Shown piece by piece: positions 10,520 through 20,911 of a stretch of 64,000 bases of DNA. The notes beneath the pieces were generated by a model that worked only from the letters and a program-made list of their open reading frames with translations, did no database searches and was not told where the DNA came from. The DNA lies in assembly GCA_965223265.1 (NCBI GenBank), contig OZ244999.1, positions 5,792,001 through 5,856,000 of the forward strand. The letters run 5' to 3'. The DNA comes from Planctomycetota bacterium. Its GTDB lineage: Bacteria; Planctomycetota; UBA8108; SXIK01. Positions within the stretch are counted from its first letter, which is position 1. Every line of letters begins with the position of its first letter. A program made the position numbers and the translations under genes.

Positions 10520-11761
10520 ATGACTTCTGCTAATACGACACGGTTGCTCGCCTTCGCTTTGTTGACTCTCATTCCGAGGATCCATGCCGCCGAGGCGCAG
10601 TATGAAAGTCGTTTCATCTTCGACCCCGAGGTCACCAACCGAGGCCACGTCCACGCTTCAGCACTCGTCGAGTGTCCGAACGGCGACCTCCGTGCCGTCT
10701 GGTACGAAAACGGCTCTAAGCTACCGACCCCGCCCTACTACAACGAGCGCCAAGACAAAAGCTCTGACGTCCGCATCGCCGGCAGTAGACGTGGCGCCGG
10801 AGCGAAGGATTGGGACACGCCGTTTGTCACCAGCGACACGTTCGGGGTTTCCGACAACAATCCCACAATGGCGGTCGATCGACAGGGAAGGCTGTGGCTG
10901 TTTCACTCCACGATGCTTGGCACGCCTGAGTGGACGTGGGGAAGTTCGATTCTGCAGTATCGCATATCGTCCGACTTCGACCGCGCGGGGGCTCCAGTGT
11001 GGAACGACGGTGGCCTTTTGCTTCCCCACCCGCAGGGAATCGAGGCGGTGGTCGACCGTATGGCCGAACGACTCGACACGCCCGAGCAAAAGAAACAGAA
11101 GGGCTTCTCAACCGAAAGAGCAAAGGCGTTCGTCGCCCAGCTGAAGCGATGGTCGAAAGATCCGATGCATCGCCGTCTCGGTTGGATGCCGCGCGCCCAT
11201 CCACTCGTACGCGCCGACGGCACACTGGTTGTGCCCTTGTCGAACGAGAATTTCAACATTCCAATGATGGCGATGACCAGCGACGGCGGCGCCACCTGGA
11301 CCTACTCGAATCCAGTTCCGGCCGCAGGACTGACACAGCCGACGCTCGTCGAGTTCGCAGATGGCGAAATCGTCGCGTTTTTCCGCAACAGTGATCCGCG
11401 CCGTAGAGTCCAGCGCGCGAGTTCAGTCGACGGCGGCGTGACTTGGTCCGTCCCAAAGCTGACGGATCGACTCCATCCAGGCGGTGGAATTGACGCGATC
11501 ATTCTAAAGAGCGGACATCTGGCGCTCGTCTACAACAACAAGGAGACAAAACCGCGCGACAAGCTCGCGATTTCGCTTTCTACGGATCGAGGGCGCACGT
11601 GGAGTTGGACGCGCCAGCTCGAGGACACGGCAGGTGGCCGATTCGACTATCCATCGGTCATACAGACGCGCGATGGCAAGATCCACGTGACATACTCCTA
11701 CCATCTGCGAACGATCAAGCATGTTGAATTCAGCGAGGCGTGGATCCGCGAGGCTGATTGA
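10520..11761 (+). CDS. Exo-alpha-sialidase / BNR_2 beta-propeller protein, secreted
   Basis: Asp-box repeats SDGGATW, SVDGGVTW, STDRGRTW; FDYPSVIQ..IHVTYS; Sec signal. Confidence 0.9.
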   Translation: MTSANTTRLLAFALLTLIPRIHAAEAQYESRFIFDPEVTNRGHVHASALVECPNGDLRAVWYENGSKLPTPPYYNERQDKSSDVRIAGSRRGAGAKDWDTPFVTSDTFGVSDNNPTMAVDRQGRLWLFHSTMLGTPEWTWGSSILQYRISSDFDRAGAPVWNDGGLLLPHPQGIEAVVDRMAERLDTPEQKKQKGFSTERAKAFVAQLKRWSKDPMHRRLGWMPRAHPLVRADGTLVVPLSNENFNIPMMAMTSDGGATWTYSNPVPAAGLTQPTLVEFADGEIVAFFRNSDPRRRVQRASSVDGGVTWSVPKLTDRLHPGGGIDAIILKSGHLALVYNNKETKPRDKLAISLSTDRGRTWSWTRQLEDTAGGRFDYPSVIQTRDGKIHVTYSYHLRTIKHVEFSEAWIREAD

Positions 11762-11826
11762 TCGCATGCCGACTGCCACGCGCAGATCCACGCGGCGAAG
11801 GACGCGAATCCACTTCGAGGGACAGC

Positions 11827-13230
11827 ATGACCAAGAGAAAGTATTCCAAGTGTATAGTTCTCGTTCTGGCAACTGGACTCTTTCACGCAGCCGCAGATGC
11901 TCAAGGAACAAAGGGAACGACGACCTTCAAGCGTATGAAGGAGTACCTCGACTCCGTTCCTGCCATCGACACGCACGAACACCTCATGCCTTTTCAGAAC
12001 TTCCAGACGAAGCCAGGCTCTCGGCGCGGCGCGAACCTTCACACGCTCTGGAAGTCGAGCTACTACACTTGGTACAACCCGTTGACGCCATGGACGGAGT
12101 CGATGCCGTTCGAGGCTTGGTGGCAAAAGGCACGCGAGGATTTCAAAAACGCGCGCGCCACGAGTTTCTACCGCTACCAGCTACCAATTTATGACGACCT
12201 CTATGGCGTCGAGTTCGAGGCGCTGACCGACGAGCAGGCACGCCAGCTCAACGACCGCATCGTCGAGAACTACCGCGACCAAAAGTGGACCTACGAAGTC
12301 ATCACGCAGCGCGCCAACATCGAATTGATCGTCAATGACCCGTTCTGGAATCGCCTCGGCATGGAGACGATTTGGGGTTTCGAGGCACCGGTACTCAACG
12401 TCACCTCGCTGACGCGGGGATACCATCCGTCCTCGTACGTCCGCGCGCCGAATGAAGACCCCTACCTGTATGCCGAAAAGAACAACCTGCCGATCACGAC
12501 GCTCGACGAGTACGTCGCAGTGATTGACACGATTTTCGCGGAAGCCAAGAGACGTGATGTCGTCTGCCTGAAGACGACCCTTGCTTACGAGAGGACGCTT
12601 CGTTTCGAGAACGTACCGAAGGAACGTGCAGCGCCCCACTTCGGCAAGAAGAAGGCGGACCTCTCCGCTGCCGAGATCAAAGAGTTCGAAGACTACATCA
12701 TGTGGCGCCTCGTCGAGCTCAGCGCTAGGCACGACCTACCGTTTCAGATCCACACGGGACAGGCGCGCATCCAGAGTTCCAATCCCCTGCAACTCGTCGA
12801 CATGATCGCGGCCAACCGTGACACCAAGTTCATTCTCTTTCACGGCGGCTACCCATGGGTCGACGACGCTGGGGTCATCGTGCAGCGCCATTCGTCGCAC
12901 GTTTGGATCGACTCGTGCTGGTTGCCGACACTGAGCTACAACATGGCGAAACGCGCCTACCACGAATGGCTCGACGGCATGCCGTCGAACCGCATCCTCT
13001 GGGGCGGCGACTGCCTTCACGCCGATGGTATCTACGGCGCCACCGAATTCACCCGCCGCTGCCTGGCGGAGGTCCTCGCCGAGCGGGTCGATCGTGGCGA
13101 CCTTAAAGAAGAGTACGCGCGCCGCATCGGACGCCAAATTTTGCGCGAGAACGCCCTCGAGCTTTTCCCACCGCTAAAAAAGAAGCTGTGGAAGCATAAG
13201 CAGAAGAGACTCGACGTACCGGCAGAGTAA
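11827..13230 (+). CDS. Secreted amidohydrolase family protein
   Basis: IDTHEH; FQIHTG; FILFHGGYPW; ILWGGD; signal peptide after MTKRK. Confidence 0.85.
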   Translation: MTKRKYSKCIVLVLATGLFHAAADAQGTKGTTTFKRMKEYLDSVPAIDTHEHLMPFQNFQTKPGSRRGANLHTLWKSSYYTWYNPLTPWTESMPFEAWWQKAREDFKNARATSFYRYQLPIYDDLYGVEFEALTDEQARQLNDRIVENYRDQKWTYEVITQRANIELIVNDPFWNRLGMETIWGFEAPVLNVTSLTRGYHPSSYVRAPNEDPYLYAEKNNLPITTLDEYVAVIDTIFAEAKRRDVVCLKTTLAYERTLRFENVPKERAAPHFGKKKADLSAAEIKEFEDYIMWRLVELSARHDLPFQIHTGQARIQSSNPLQLVDMIAANRDTKFILFHGGYPWVDDAGVIVQRHSSHVWIDSCWLPTLSYNMAKRAYHEWLDGMPSNRILWGGDCLHADGIYGATEFTRRCLAEVLAERVDRGDLKEEYARRIGRQILRENALELFPPLKKKLWKHKQKRLDVPAE

Positions 13231-13232
13231 AG

Positions 13233-14684
13233 CTATCGCGCGCCACCTCGCTCGATCACAGCTTTCTCGCGCTCGAGTCGTTCGAACATCGCCTTGAACG
13301 CCGCCGAACCGTCATCATCCCAGTAGTCGGTCGTGACGGGCGCATCGAAGCTCACTGGAAAGAGACGCCGACGATCAGGACGTACCATGAAGAGAGAGTC
13401 GTCCGGATCGTGGAGGTTGTACATCATCGTGCCGTTCGCATAGCGTGTCCTCACGATCCACCTGGGTGCGGGCGGCGGCGGCAGGTTCTTCAGACGATTC
13501 AGTTCGTCTCGATCGAGTGTGACGCCCAAACCAGGCTTCTCGGACACCCGTACCAGTCCGTTGACCGGATCGAGCTTTTCGTTGGTGACGTCCGACTTAA
13601 AGATCTCGCCAGCACTGATGAAGTGAAAGCTGGCAGTTTTGAATGCCGCCTGCATGTGAGTCGTCATCGAGCGAGTGATCGCACCCCCGACGTTTTGTAG
13701 CATGAAGGGGATCTGCGCCGCTGCGAAAAGCCCAGCGCGGCGTCTTGCCACACCTATGTTGGCATGTCCCAACATGTACGCGTCCGCGGCGCGGCGAAGA
13801 ATCTCGTGCGTTGCTCCCATGGGGCTATGGTGAAGCACGACCGGCAGGCGCGTTCGCGCGCGCAAGTCCACGTAGCCCTCGAGATCGCGCGGCTCAAGCG
13901 GATCCTCGAAGCAACCGGAGATCGGGTAGTTCGACATCTTCTCAAGCACTTCGAACATGTGATCGACGGTGCCGCACATCGTGAAATCGAAGTGAAGCCT
14001 GAAGCCCTTCGGAGCCACCGCCTGCATCGCTTCCAGTTGATCGAAGATGTTCTCGAAGGGAGACAGGTGAAACTTGAGCCAGGTGAAGCCGCGAGCGCTG
14101 TGACGCTGGACGGCCTCTGCCATTCTCTTGGGCTGCGTCGAGACGGTCCAGGCCGACACCGGCACCCACTTTCGATAGGCCTGCCCAAAGAGCTTATAGG
14201 CCGGCACCTGCGCCGCCTTGCCCATGAGGTCATACATCGCGGTGCCGAGGCCGAGCGACGTCTCATCACCGACCCAGTCCCACGGGCTTGTACCGATGTA
14301 TTTTTGGATGATGTCATCGGACGCCCGTGAGCCACTCTCGCCAAGCCCTGTAAGACCAGCGTTCGTGTGCACGATATATATGGTCCGCTTCCACGGACCG
14401 TAGTAGTGCATGAGCTGGTACGCGTTCCAGTCATCGAACTCCAGTGTGATGTCGTGAGCCTCGATGTCGGTGATGGTCAGTCGACCATGCGCCGAATCGG
14501 AGCGTTTCTTTGCAGCTAGGGCTGGCGCGGGGCTCGCGAGCTGCCACGCTGCGGCCGCGCCCGTGGCGCCGGCAACCAGCGCCAAACTGCGCGCGAGAAA
14601 ATCGCGGCGCTCAACACACGCACGACTCGACGTGTCATCGACATCAGTTCTTGGGTTCGGCATCGGCCCTAAATCTCGCTGCAT
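13233..14684 (-). CDS. Mandelate racemase/muconate lactonising enzyme (enolase superfamily) with Tat signal
   Basis: ERRDFL; GLTGLGE; AMYDLMGKAAQVPAYKLFG; FEDPL; PGLGVTLD. Confidence 0.9.
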   Translation of the reverse strand: MQRDLGPMPNPRTDVDDTSSRACVERRDFLARSLALVAGATGAAAAWQLASPAPALAAKKRSDSAHGRLTITDIEAHDITLEFDDWNAYQLMHYYGPWKRTIYIVHTNAGLTGLGESGSRASDDIIQKYIGTSPWDWVGDETSLGLGTAMYDLMGKAAQVPAYKLFGQAYRKWVPVSAWTVSTQPKRMAEAVQRHSARGFTWLKFHLSPFENIFDQLEAMQAVAPKGFRLHFDFTMCGTVDHMFEVLEKMSNYPISGCFEDPLEPRDLEGYVDLRARTRLPVVLHHSPMGATHEILRRAADAYMLGHANIGVARRRAGLFAAAQIPFMLQNVGGAITRSMTTHMQAAFKTASFHFISAGEIFKSDVTNEKLDPVNGLVRVSEKPGLGVTLDRDELNRLKNLPPPPAPRWIVRTRYANGTMMYNLHDPDDSLFMVRPDRRRLFPVSFDAPVTTDYWDDDGSAAFKAMFERLEREKAVIERGGAR

Positions 14685-14773
14685 AGCTGAAGCTCCTGCA
14701 CGGTGTTACAATTCCCTCGAGAGCGCTGGTTGACAGGAAGTGACGACAAACCCAGAAGAAGGAGACCGACGCC

Positions 14774-15094
14774 ATGCTTACCTCGACGACTCCCTCGATC
14801 GAAGGTCACGCCATTGTTACGTACCACGGCGTGGTCACCGGAGAGGCGATCCTTGGCGCCAATATATTCAAAGACTTCTTTGCCGGCATCCGCGATGTCG
14901 TCGGCGGGCGTGCGGCTGCTTACGAAAAGGAGCTCGGCAAGGCACGTCGGATCGCGTTTTCGGAGCTGGAGGCAAAAGCCGCCGAAATCGGCGCCAACGC
15001 AGTTGTCGGCATCGACCTCGACTACGAAACAGTCGGCGCGCAGGGTGGCATGCTCATGGTCAGCGTCAGCGGCACGGCGGTCACTTTGGAGTGA
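14774..15094 (+). CDS. ybjQ: YbjQ / UPF0145 family protein
   Basis: [52 protein letters not shown]; GAAGGAG RBS. Confidence 0.95.
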   Translation: MLTSTTPSIEGHAIVTYHGVVTGEAILGANIFKDFFAGIRDVVGGRAAAYEKELGKARRIAFSELEAKAAEIGANAVVGIDLDYETVGAQGGMLMVSVSGTAVTLE

Positions 15095-15109
15095 AAACAC
15101 GGGTCAATA

Positions 15110-16225
15110 CTACCGACTCTTCGCGCACATCACCCAGAGTGGCGTCCCACCGGTCTCATACGTTGTGAGCGATTCGAGCGCGCCCGTCTTCGGGTCAATC
15201 CGGTAGGAAGCCAGCTTCGCATCACCCTGACCAGCCGAGTAAACGTAGCTCCCCGTGACATCGATACAAAACGCGCGCGGGAAACGCGGCGTCGGGTAAT
15301 ACCCGACGATCTTCATGGCACCGCTCTTTGGGTCCAGAGCCACGCCGCACAGCGTGTCGCGGTGCGCTCCTTCCTTGCGCTCCGTTGAATCACGGTTGGA
15401 GACGTAGGCGAATCGACCATCCGGGGTGATCCAGATGTCGGCTCCAGCACTCGTGCCTTCATAGTTCGGCGGCAACGTCGAGAGCGTCTGCGTCAGCTCA
15501 AGCGTGCCGCGATCCGGATCAAACTTCCAGGCGCTGATGCCACCGCCGCGTTCGTTCGAAGTGTACGCCATGTGGAGTTTCGGATGGTGGGCGTAGTGAC
15601 GCGGCTGATGGTAGTAGTGATCTTCGTCTGGTCCGGTGACAAACGCCGGCGTGCTCGGAGTCAGCTGACCGGTGGCAGAGTCGAGCCGAAATTGATAGAC
15701 CTTGTTCGGAGCTGTGTGCGGAACGAAGACGTAACGGCCGGACGGGTCGACCTCAATACAGTGCGCGGTCTTATCCGTTTTTTCTTGGTCGAGGAGCTCG
15801 CTGGTCGCAATGCCATCCGTTATCCGGTAGACGGTGACATCGCCGGCGCCATAGTGAGCCGCCAACAAGTACTTTCCCGCCGCGTCCGTGCAGAGGTACG
15901 GCGCACGGGTGGTCAACGTTGACGTCGCCACAACCCCAAGGGTGTCGTCGGCATTCCGTCGCAAGGTCGTCACGCCGAACTTCCCGTCCGCGAGCGCGCC
16001 GACGACAGCGTAGACAAACGACTGGTCGGGAGAAAATGTCATCGCGCCCGGGCTTACATCGAGATGCGTCGTGTAGCGTTTGGTCAGACCACCAGTGTCT
16101 TGGTCGATTTCGTAGCAAGTGATCGTCTTCTCTTGGTTGGAGGAAAGATAGAGAACCTGGCCGGCAAACGTCGTTGAGGCGAGCAAAGAAGGTAGCACTA
16201 AGGCGAAAAGGACGAATCGAAACAT
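15110..16225 (-). CDS. Lactonase family 7-bladed propeller (6-phosphogluconolactonase-like), secreted
   Basis: AHYGAG; AHCI; PRH; ADIWITPDGRFAYVSNR; FPRAF; signal peptide. Confidence 0.9.
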   Translation of the reverse strand: MFRFVLFALVLPSLLASTTFAGQVLYLSSNQEKTITCYEIDQDTGGLTKRYTTHLDVSPGAMTFSPDQSFVYAVVGALADGKFGVTTLRRNADDTLGVVATSTLTTRAPYLCTDAAGKYLLAAHYGAGDVTVYRITDGIATSELLDQEKTDKTAHCIEVDPSGRYVFVPHTAPNKVYQFRLDSATGQLTPSTPAFVTGPDEDHYYHQPRHYAHHPKLHMAYTSNERGGGISAWKFDPDRGTLELTQTLSTLPPNYEGTSAGADIWITPDGRFAYVSNRDSTERKEGAHRDTLCGVALDPKSGAMKIVGYYPTPRFPRAFCIDVTGSYVYSAGQGDAKLASYRIDPKTGALESLTTYETGGTPLWVMCAKSR

Positions 16226-16543
16226 GCGGTCATTCTCCAATCGTTGAAGTGGAGGTTCTGGAAAGCACCCGCTTCTCGCTACACCGCCGGTCGACGGGAT
16301 TGGCGCAGGGAGGACCCCAGACGAAGTGCTGAAGAGGCGTTGATTCTCGCGTCCAGCGCCCGCGCGTGCAAGATGGCATGGCGACAGTTGCCACGGAGAT
16401 GGGTAGTCCGAGGCTGTCGCGGCTGGCGAGAAACCTGGATTTCAATGGTCTTCTCGGTGCCTCGAAACTAAGCTGATCGTATGCGATGGGAGCTGCCCCT
16501 GGAAGCGGCTCAATGAATCGAATTGTACGATCGAGGAGGTCGC

Positions 16544-17908
16544 ATGCTTCGCATCGAGACATCGGGCGAGTCCGGTCGTTACTGCGACGGCGTCAGTCGA
16601 CGCAGCTTCGTACAGCTGGGAGTCGCCGGCATGGCCAGCCTTGGACTCGGCGACGTCCTGCGCGCACGGGCGCTATCGCACCCTGCAATCCGCGCCGAGA
16701 AAGACACTTCCGTACTCCTCATCTGGCTCGACGGTGGCCCGAGTCACATGGATCTTTGGGATATGAAGCCGGATGCGCCGAGCGTCTACCGTGGTATCTG
16801 GCGCCCGATCCACACCAACGTGCCCGGCATCGACATCACAGAGATGTTTCCGCGCCAGGCGAAGGTTGCCGACAAATTCTCGATCGTTCGCTCCTTCCAC
16901 CACGACCAAGGCGACCATTTCACCGGGGCGCACCACATGCTCACCGGCCGCGGCGGCGCCAGCGGTAGCGACACGAAGGGTAAGTTTCCCTCGATCGGTT
17001 CGATTGCGACGATGGTGACGGGAGCACGCCGCCGTGGCATGCCTGCATACGTCGGTATCCCGATTTGCGCCAGCGTCGGCCTCAACCCCGGGTACTTCGC
17101 TGCCCACTTTCTTGGTGGTCATCGTGACCCGTTCCAGACTGGCGGCGACCCGAACCGCGACGACTTCAAGGTCAACAACCTCAACTTGCCGAGCGGGCTT
17201 TCGATCGACAGACTGGAGGACCGCCGTGCTCTGAAGGGACGCCTCGACCAGCTGGCGCGTCAAGTCGAACGCACGGCGAGCTTCGAGACGCTTGACGAGT
17301 TCGACCTGGCCGCGTATGAGTTCGTTTGCGGCGATGCTGCGCGCAAGGCGTTCGACCTCAGCTCGGAGGATCCCCGCATCCGTGATCTTTACGGCCGGCA
17401 CGGTTGGGGCCAGAGCACACTCCTGGCGCGGCGACTCGTCGAAGCCGGTTCGACGTTCGTCACGGTGCACTTCGGCGGCTGGGATCATCACTGGAATCTT
17501 GAAGCTGGTATGAATAGCTACTTGCCGCGCGTCGATTCAGCGCTGTCGGCTCTCTTCGGTGATCTCGACCAACGCGGCCTGCTCGAAAAAACCCTCGTGG
17601 TTGTCTGCGGCGAATTCAGTCGCACGCCGCGTATGAACGACGGCAGCGGCAACGGCACGCCAGGGCGCGATCATTGGGGCCGTTCGATGGCAGTGGTGAT
17701 GGGCGGCGGCGGCGTTCAGGGTGGTCGCATCGTCGGTTCAACGGACAGTCGCGGGGAACGCCCCAAAGACCACCCGCTGACCATGGGCGATTTCCACTCG
17801 ACGATTTACCACGTCCTCGGCATCGACCCGCGTCTCAGCATTCTCGATCACAGCGGACGACCGATCCATCCGGTGGAGAAGGGCGACGTGATTCACGAGC
17901 TGTTTTGA
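16544..17908 (+). CDS. DUF1501 domain protein (Planctomycete sulfatase-associated family)
   Basis: SRRSFVQLG; WLDGGPSHMDLWDMKP; LLARRLVEAG; GWDHH; GEFSRTP; GRDHW; GAGGAGG RBS. Confidence 0.95.
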   Translation: MLRIETSGESGRYCDGVSRRSFVQLGVAGMASLGLGDVLRARALSHPAIRAEKDTSVLLIWLDGGPSHMDLWDMKPDAPSVYRGIWRPIHTNVPGIDITEMFPRQAKVADKFSIVRSFHHDQGDHFTGAHHMLTGRGGASGSDTKGKFPSIGSIATMVTGARRRGMPAYVGIPICASVGLNPGYFAAHFLGGHRDPFQTGGDPNRDDFKVNNLNLPSGLSIDRLEDRRALKGRLDQLARQVERTASFETLDEFDLAAYEFVCGDAARKAFDLSSEDPRIRDLYGRHGWGQSTLLARRLVEAGSTFVTVHFGGWDHHWNLEAGMNSYLPRVDSALSALFGDLDQRGLLEKTLVVVCGEFSRTPRMNDGSGNGTPGRDHWGRSMAVVMGGGGVQGGRIVGSTDSRGERPKDHPLTMGDFHSTIYHVLGIDPRLSILDHSGRPIHPVEKGDVIHELF

Positions 17909-18006
17909 GCGTGATGCTCGATTCGGATGGGCGGAGACAAGCGCAAGAATGCGCACTCTCCTCCAGCCGCCTTCGCGTCATGGTTGTCTATTTGACTCCA
18001 CGGCGC

Positions 18007-19305
18007 TCAAACGCTCGCCAGCTCGTAACCGGAGCGATACTCGCGGTCGAGGTAACGGTTAGCGTCGGGATCGTCAGGAAACGTCTCGGTCTTGGGATCG
18101 AACCGTAGGCGCCGTCCGGTGCGGTAGGAGATGTTTCCAAGATGGCAAAGAAGCGACGAGAGATGGCCTTCTTCGATATCGGCGATGAGCTCAGTGGTCT
18201 TACGATTCCTGACGCAATTGATGAAGTTCTCGTAGTGTCGCGTGGTGTCTCTCCACACCTTGCCACCTGAACGCACCAGCTCATTGCCGCGGAAGACGCG
18301 GTAGCCGTCCCGATCAACCATCAAGTAACCTTCGTCGCCGTAGATGATGTTGTCGTTGTCGAGTCGATGCCCCTGCATGCGGTAGGGAGTGAAATCACGC
18401 TGCTCGAAAACATAGAGGAGTTCGTCGTACTCCCACGTCACCACCATGGTGTCCGGTGTCTCCTGAGCATCGCCACGCGATCCCAGTTTCGCACCGCTGC
18501 ACGAGACGGCTTTGGGTGCGCCAAGGCCAAGAGCCCAGCGCCCTAAGTCGACCTGGTGCACGCCGTCATTACCGAGGTCGCCCGTGCCATAGTCCCACAG
18601 CCAGTGCCAGCCACGATGAAAACGATTGCGATTGAACGGACGTTTCGGCGCGGGGCCGATCCAGAGATCGTAATGAACCCCTGCCGGGACAGGCTCGTCC
18701 GCGGCGTGCGGCATGCGTCGACGCCTCTGATTGTTGATCGCCTTCACCATGAGCACTTTCCCGATGATGCCATCGCGGAGCAGCTGCCACGCCTCCTCGT
18801 AGTGTGGTACCGCACGCAGCTGCGTGCCATGCTGAACAACACGTTGATACTTTTGTGCCGCTTTCACTGCCAGCCGCCCCTCGCGGATGTTATGAGATGC
18901 AGGCTTTTCGACGTAGACGTCCTTACCAGCGACACACGCCGCGATCGTCGCTGGTGCGTGCCAGTGGTCAGGCGTGGCGACGATCAGCGCGTCGATGTCG
19001 TGACGTTCAAGTGCGCGACGAAAATCAGCTATCTGCTCCGGTCGCTTGCCTGTCTCTTTCTCGAGTCGATCGCATAGCTTCGCGGCGCGGGCGTCATCGA
19101 CATCGCAAACGATCGCGATTTCGCTCTGGGGCACGCGCGCAAACCATCCCGCCACACCTGCACCTCGACCGCATCCCATCACTGCGGTGCGGACCGTTTC
19201 GTGCGCAGCGTAGCTGGAACGCAGACTGCCAAGCTGTGACGCCAGGAGCGCACCACCCATACCTACAGACGCCCTGCCAAGAAAAGTGCGTCGAGTGAGA
19301 CCCAT
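18007..19305 (-). CDS. Gfo/Idh/MocA family oxidoreductase with Tat signal
   Basis: TRRTFL; ATPDHWHA; KDVYVEKPA; GDLGNDGVHQVD. Confidence 0.95.
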   Translation of the reverse strand: MGLTRRTFLGRASVGMGGALLASQLGSLRSSYAAHETVRTAVMGCGRGAGVAGWFARVPQSEIAIVCDVDDARAAKLCDRLEKETGKRPEQIADFRRALERHDIDALIVATPDHWHAPATIAACVAGKDVYVEKPASHNIREGRLAVKAAQKYQRVVQHGTQLRAVPHYEEAWQLLRDGIIGKVLMVKAINNQRRRRMPHAADEPVPAGVHYDLWIGPAPKRPFNRNRFHRGWHWLWDYGTGDLGNDGVHQVDLGRWALGLGAPKAVSCSGAKLGSRGDAQETPDTMVVTWEYDELLYVFEQRDFTPYRMQGHRLDNDNIIYGDEGYLMVDRDGYRVFRGNELVRSGGKVWRDTTRHYENFINCVRNRKTTELIADIEEGHLSSLLCHLGNISYRTGRRLRFDPKTETFPDDPDANRYLDREYRSGYELASV

Positions 19306-19451
19306 CGTTCCCTCCGCATGAGAATCGACCAAACTTCGGCGCGGATACGCGGCGCAAGCGCGAGAACACAGGTCCCTATGCTAACCAGCAGCGATCGACT
19401 CGACAACCGTCCCAAGCTTCACCCGACGCGGTAGAGGTTTCAGAAGGTTAA

Positions 19452-19516
19452 CAGCCCGCCTGAAGAAGTCATTCGGCCGAGAAACTGGTCTCTTCACGCC
19501 CAACTCAGCCGCGGCG
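19452..19516 (+). repeat. Partial (one-ended) copy of MITE family A
   Basis: CAGCCCGCCTGAAGAAGTCATTCGGCCGAGAAACTGGTCTCTTCACGCCC is nearly identical to the left end of the copy at 22816; preceded by TTAA. Confidence 0.8.
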
Positions 19517-19587
19517 CGAGATCGTCCGGTGCGAGGTAGTGTTGACTGGTGCTGACACAAGCGCGAGGAAATTCGGGCTTGTCTGTG

Positions 19588-20619
19588 CTATCGCGACAGC
19601 ACCCCCTTCTTCTCAAGGAAAGCCTTCAGCTCTCCCAGCTCATCGAGTCGATTGCCGCGCCGCGGTGGCCGCATGAGTGTCGTCTTGTAGAGTCCCATCA
19701 GATGGAGCACAGACTTGTAGTTGTGCGGATAGCCAAGTTTGCCGGTAATCTCGAGGAGCGGCTCTTCGAAGTCATAGACGATGTCGCGGGCTCGCTCGTA
19801 TTTCCCCTCCGTAAGTGCACGATAGAACTTAAGGGTGATTTCCGGGGCGAACGGGGCTGCCGGACACAGGTACGCGGCAGAACCGGCGAAGTAGCCGAAG
19901 AGAAAATGCTTCATCTGGCCGGCGCTCAAAACTGCAAAGTTATACTCTTTCGTCGCTCTGCAAAACGCGTAGTAGTTGTAGAGTTCCTCGTGGCACTTGT
20001 CGCCGATCACCTTCGGCAGCTGTGCCAGACGCTTCATCAAATCGAGCGAGTACTTTCGATCGACCGTCAGGAGCGGCACCTCCGTGCGGGCGTCGATGGT
20101 GCGAAACGCGTCGTAAACCTCGTCCTCACCGCGAGCCAGGTCGCCTATGTGGACATTGATGGCATCGACTCCCGAGTCGGCAACGCGATTGATGAACTCG
20201 ATCGTACGACCGGTCCACCAGGCTCCGGTGCCGCCAATGACAAGAGTGCGGCCACGTGCCTGATCGGTCACGGTCCGGGTGACCTTTTCAATCTCCTCCT
20301 CCGTCAGAAAGCCAAGCTCGCTGTCGCCGTACGTGAGAAAGAGAATCGGCTGTTTCTTTTCGCACATAAACTCGACCCACGAACGGAGGCTGCCGTAGTC
20401 GATCGAGAAGTCCGTGTTGTACGGAATCGTGATGGAAGCCATGGGCCCCTTGAGGCGATCCAGGACCCCTTGGCAGCGCTGGTTGCGCTGCAGTCGGGCT
20501 ACGCCTCCGTGGACGCGTGTGCCGAACGCGGGCGTGAACGCCACCGCCGCGACGCTACCCAACGCGCTCGACAGAAACCGGCGACGGCTCAAGGGTACGA
20601 AAGCTCTGGATGCGTCCAT
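19588..20619 (-). CDS. Dihydrodipicolinate synthase / N-acetylneuraminate lyase family protein with Tat signal
   Basis: SRRRFL; IPYNTDFSIDY; Schiff-base Lys in LAQLPKVIGDK; MRPP. Confidence 0.85.
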   Translation of the reverse strand: MDASRAFVPLSRRRFLSSALGSVAAVAFTPAFGTRVHGGVARLQRNQRCQGVLDRLKGPMASITIPYNTDFSIDYGSLRSWVEFMCEKKQPILFLTYGDSELGFLTEEEIEKVTRTVTDQARGRTLVIGGTGAWWTGRTIEFINRVADSGVDAINVHIGDLARGEDEVYDAFRTIDARTEVPLLTVDRKYSLDLMKRLAQLPKVIGDKCHEELYNYYAFCRATKEYNFAVLSAGQMKHFLFGYFAGSAAYLCPAAPFAPEITLKFYRALTEGKYERARDIVYDFEEPLLEITGKLGYPHNYKSVLHLMGLYKTTLMRPPRRGNRLDELGELKAFLEKKGVLSR

Positions 20620-20911
20620 GTGGATCCTCTCTCTTTGATCAAGGTATGGCGACTGCTCGTTCACAATAAGGAACACGACGCGAACTGTCCATTGCTCACG
20701 GCTCTGCGGATAGAGGTTTAAGAATTCGCACAGGTACGTCGGATGCGAGTGCACTGTACAAATTTCTCTGGTCTTGCTCTCGAGCCCGGCCGCAATCTAT
20801 AGATCGACGGACCACCGTTTCGAACAGCTTTTGATTGCCGCTCCGAGGTTCTTGCGGCACGATGACATACTGTGTTCTCATCGAGCTCTCGACGGAAGAA
20901 AGGCGAACATC

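Noticed and set aside
19549-20721. 390-aa plus-strand ORF
   Set aside because: Antisense shadow of the DHDPS-family gene, with no recognisable motifs.
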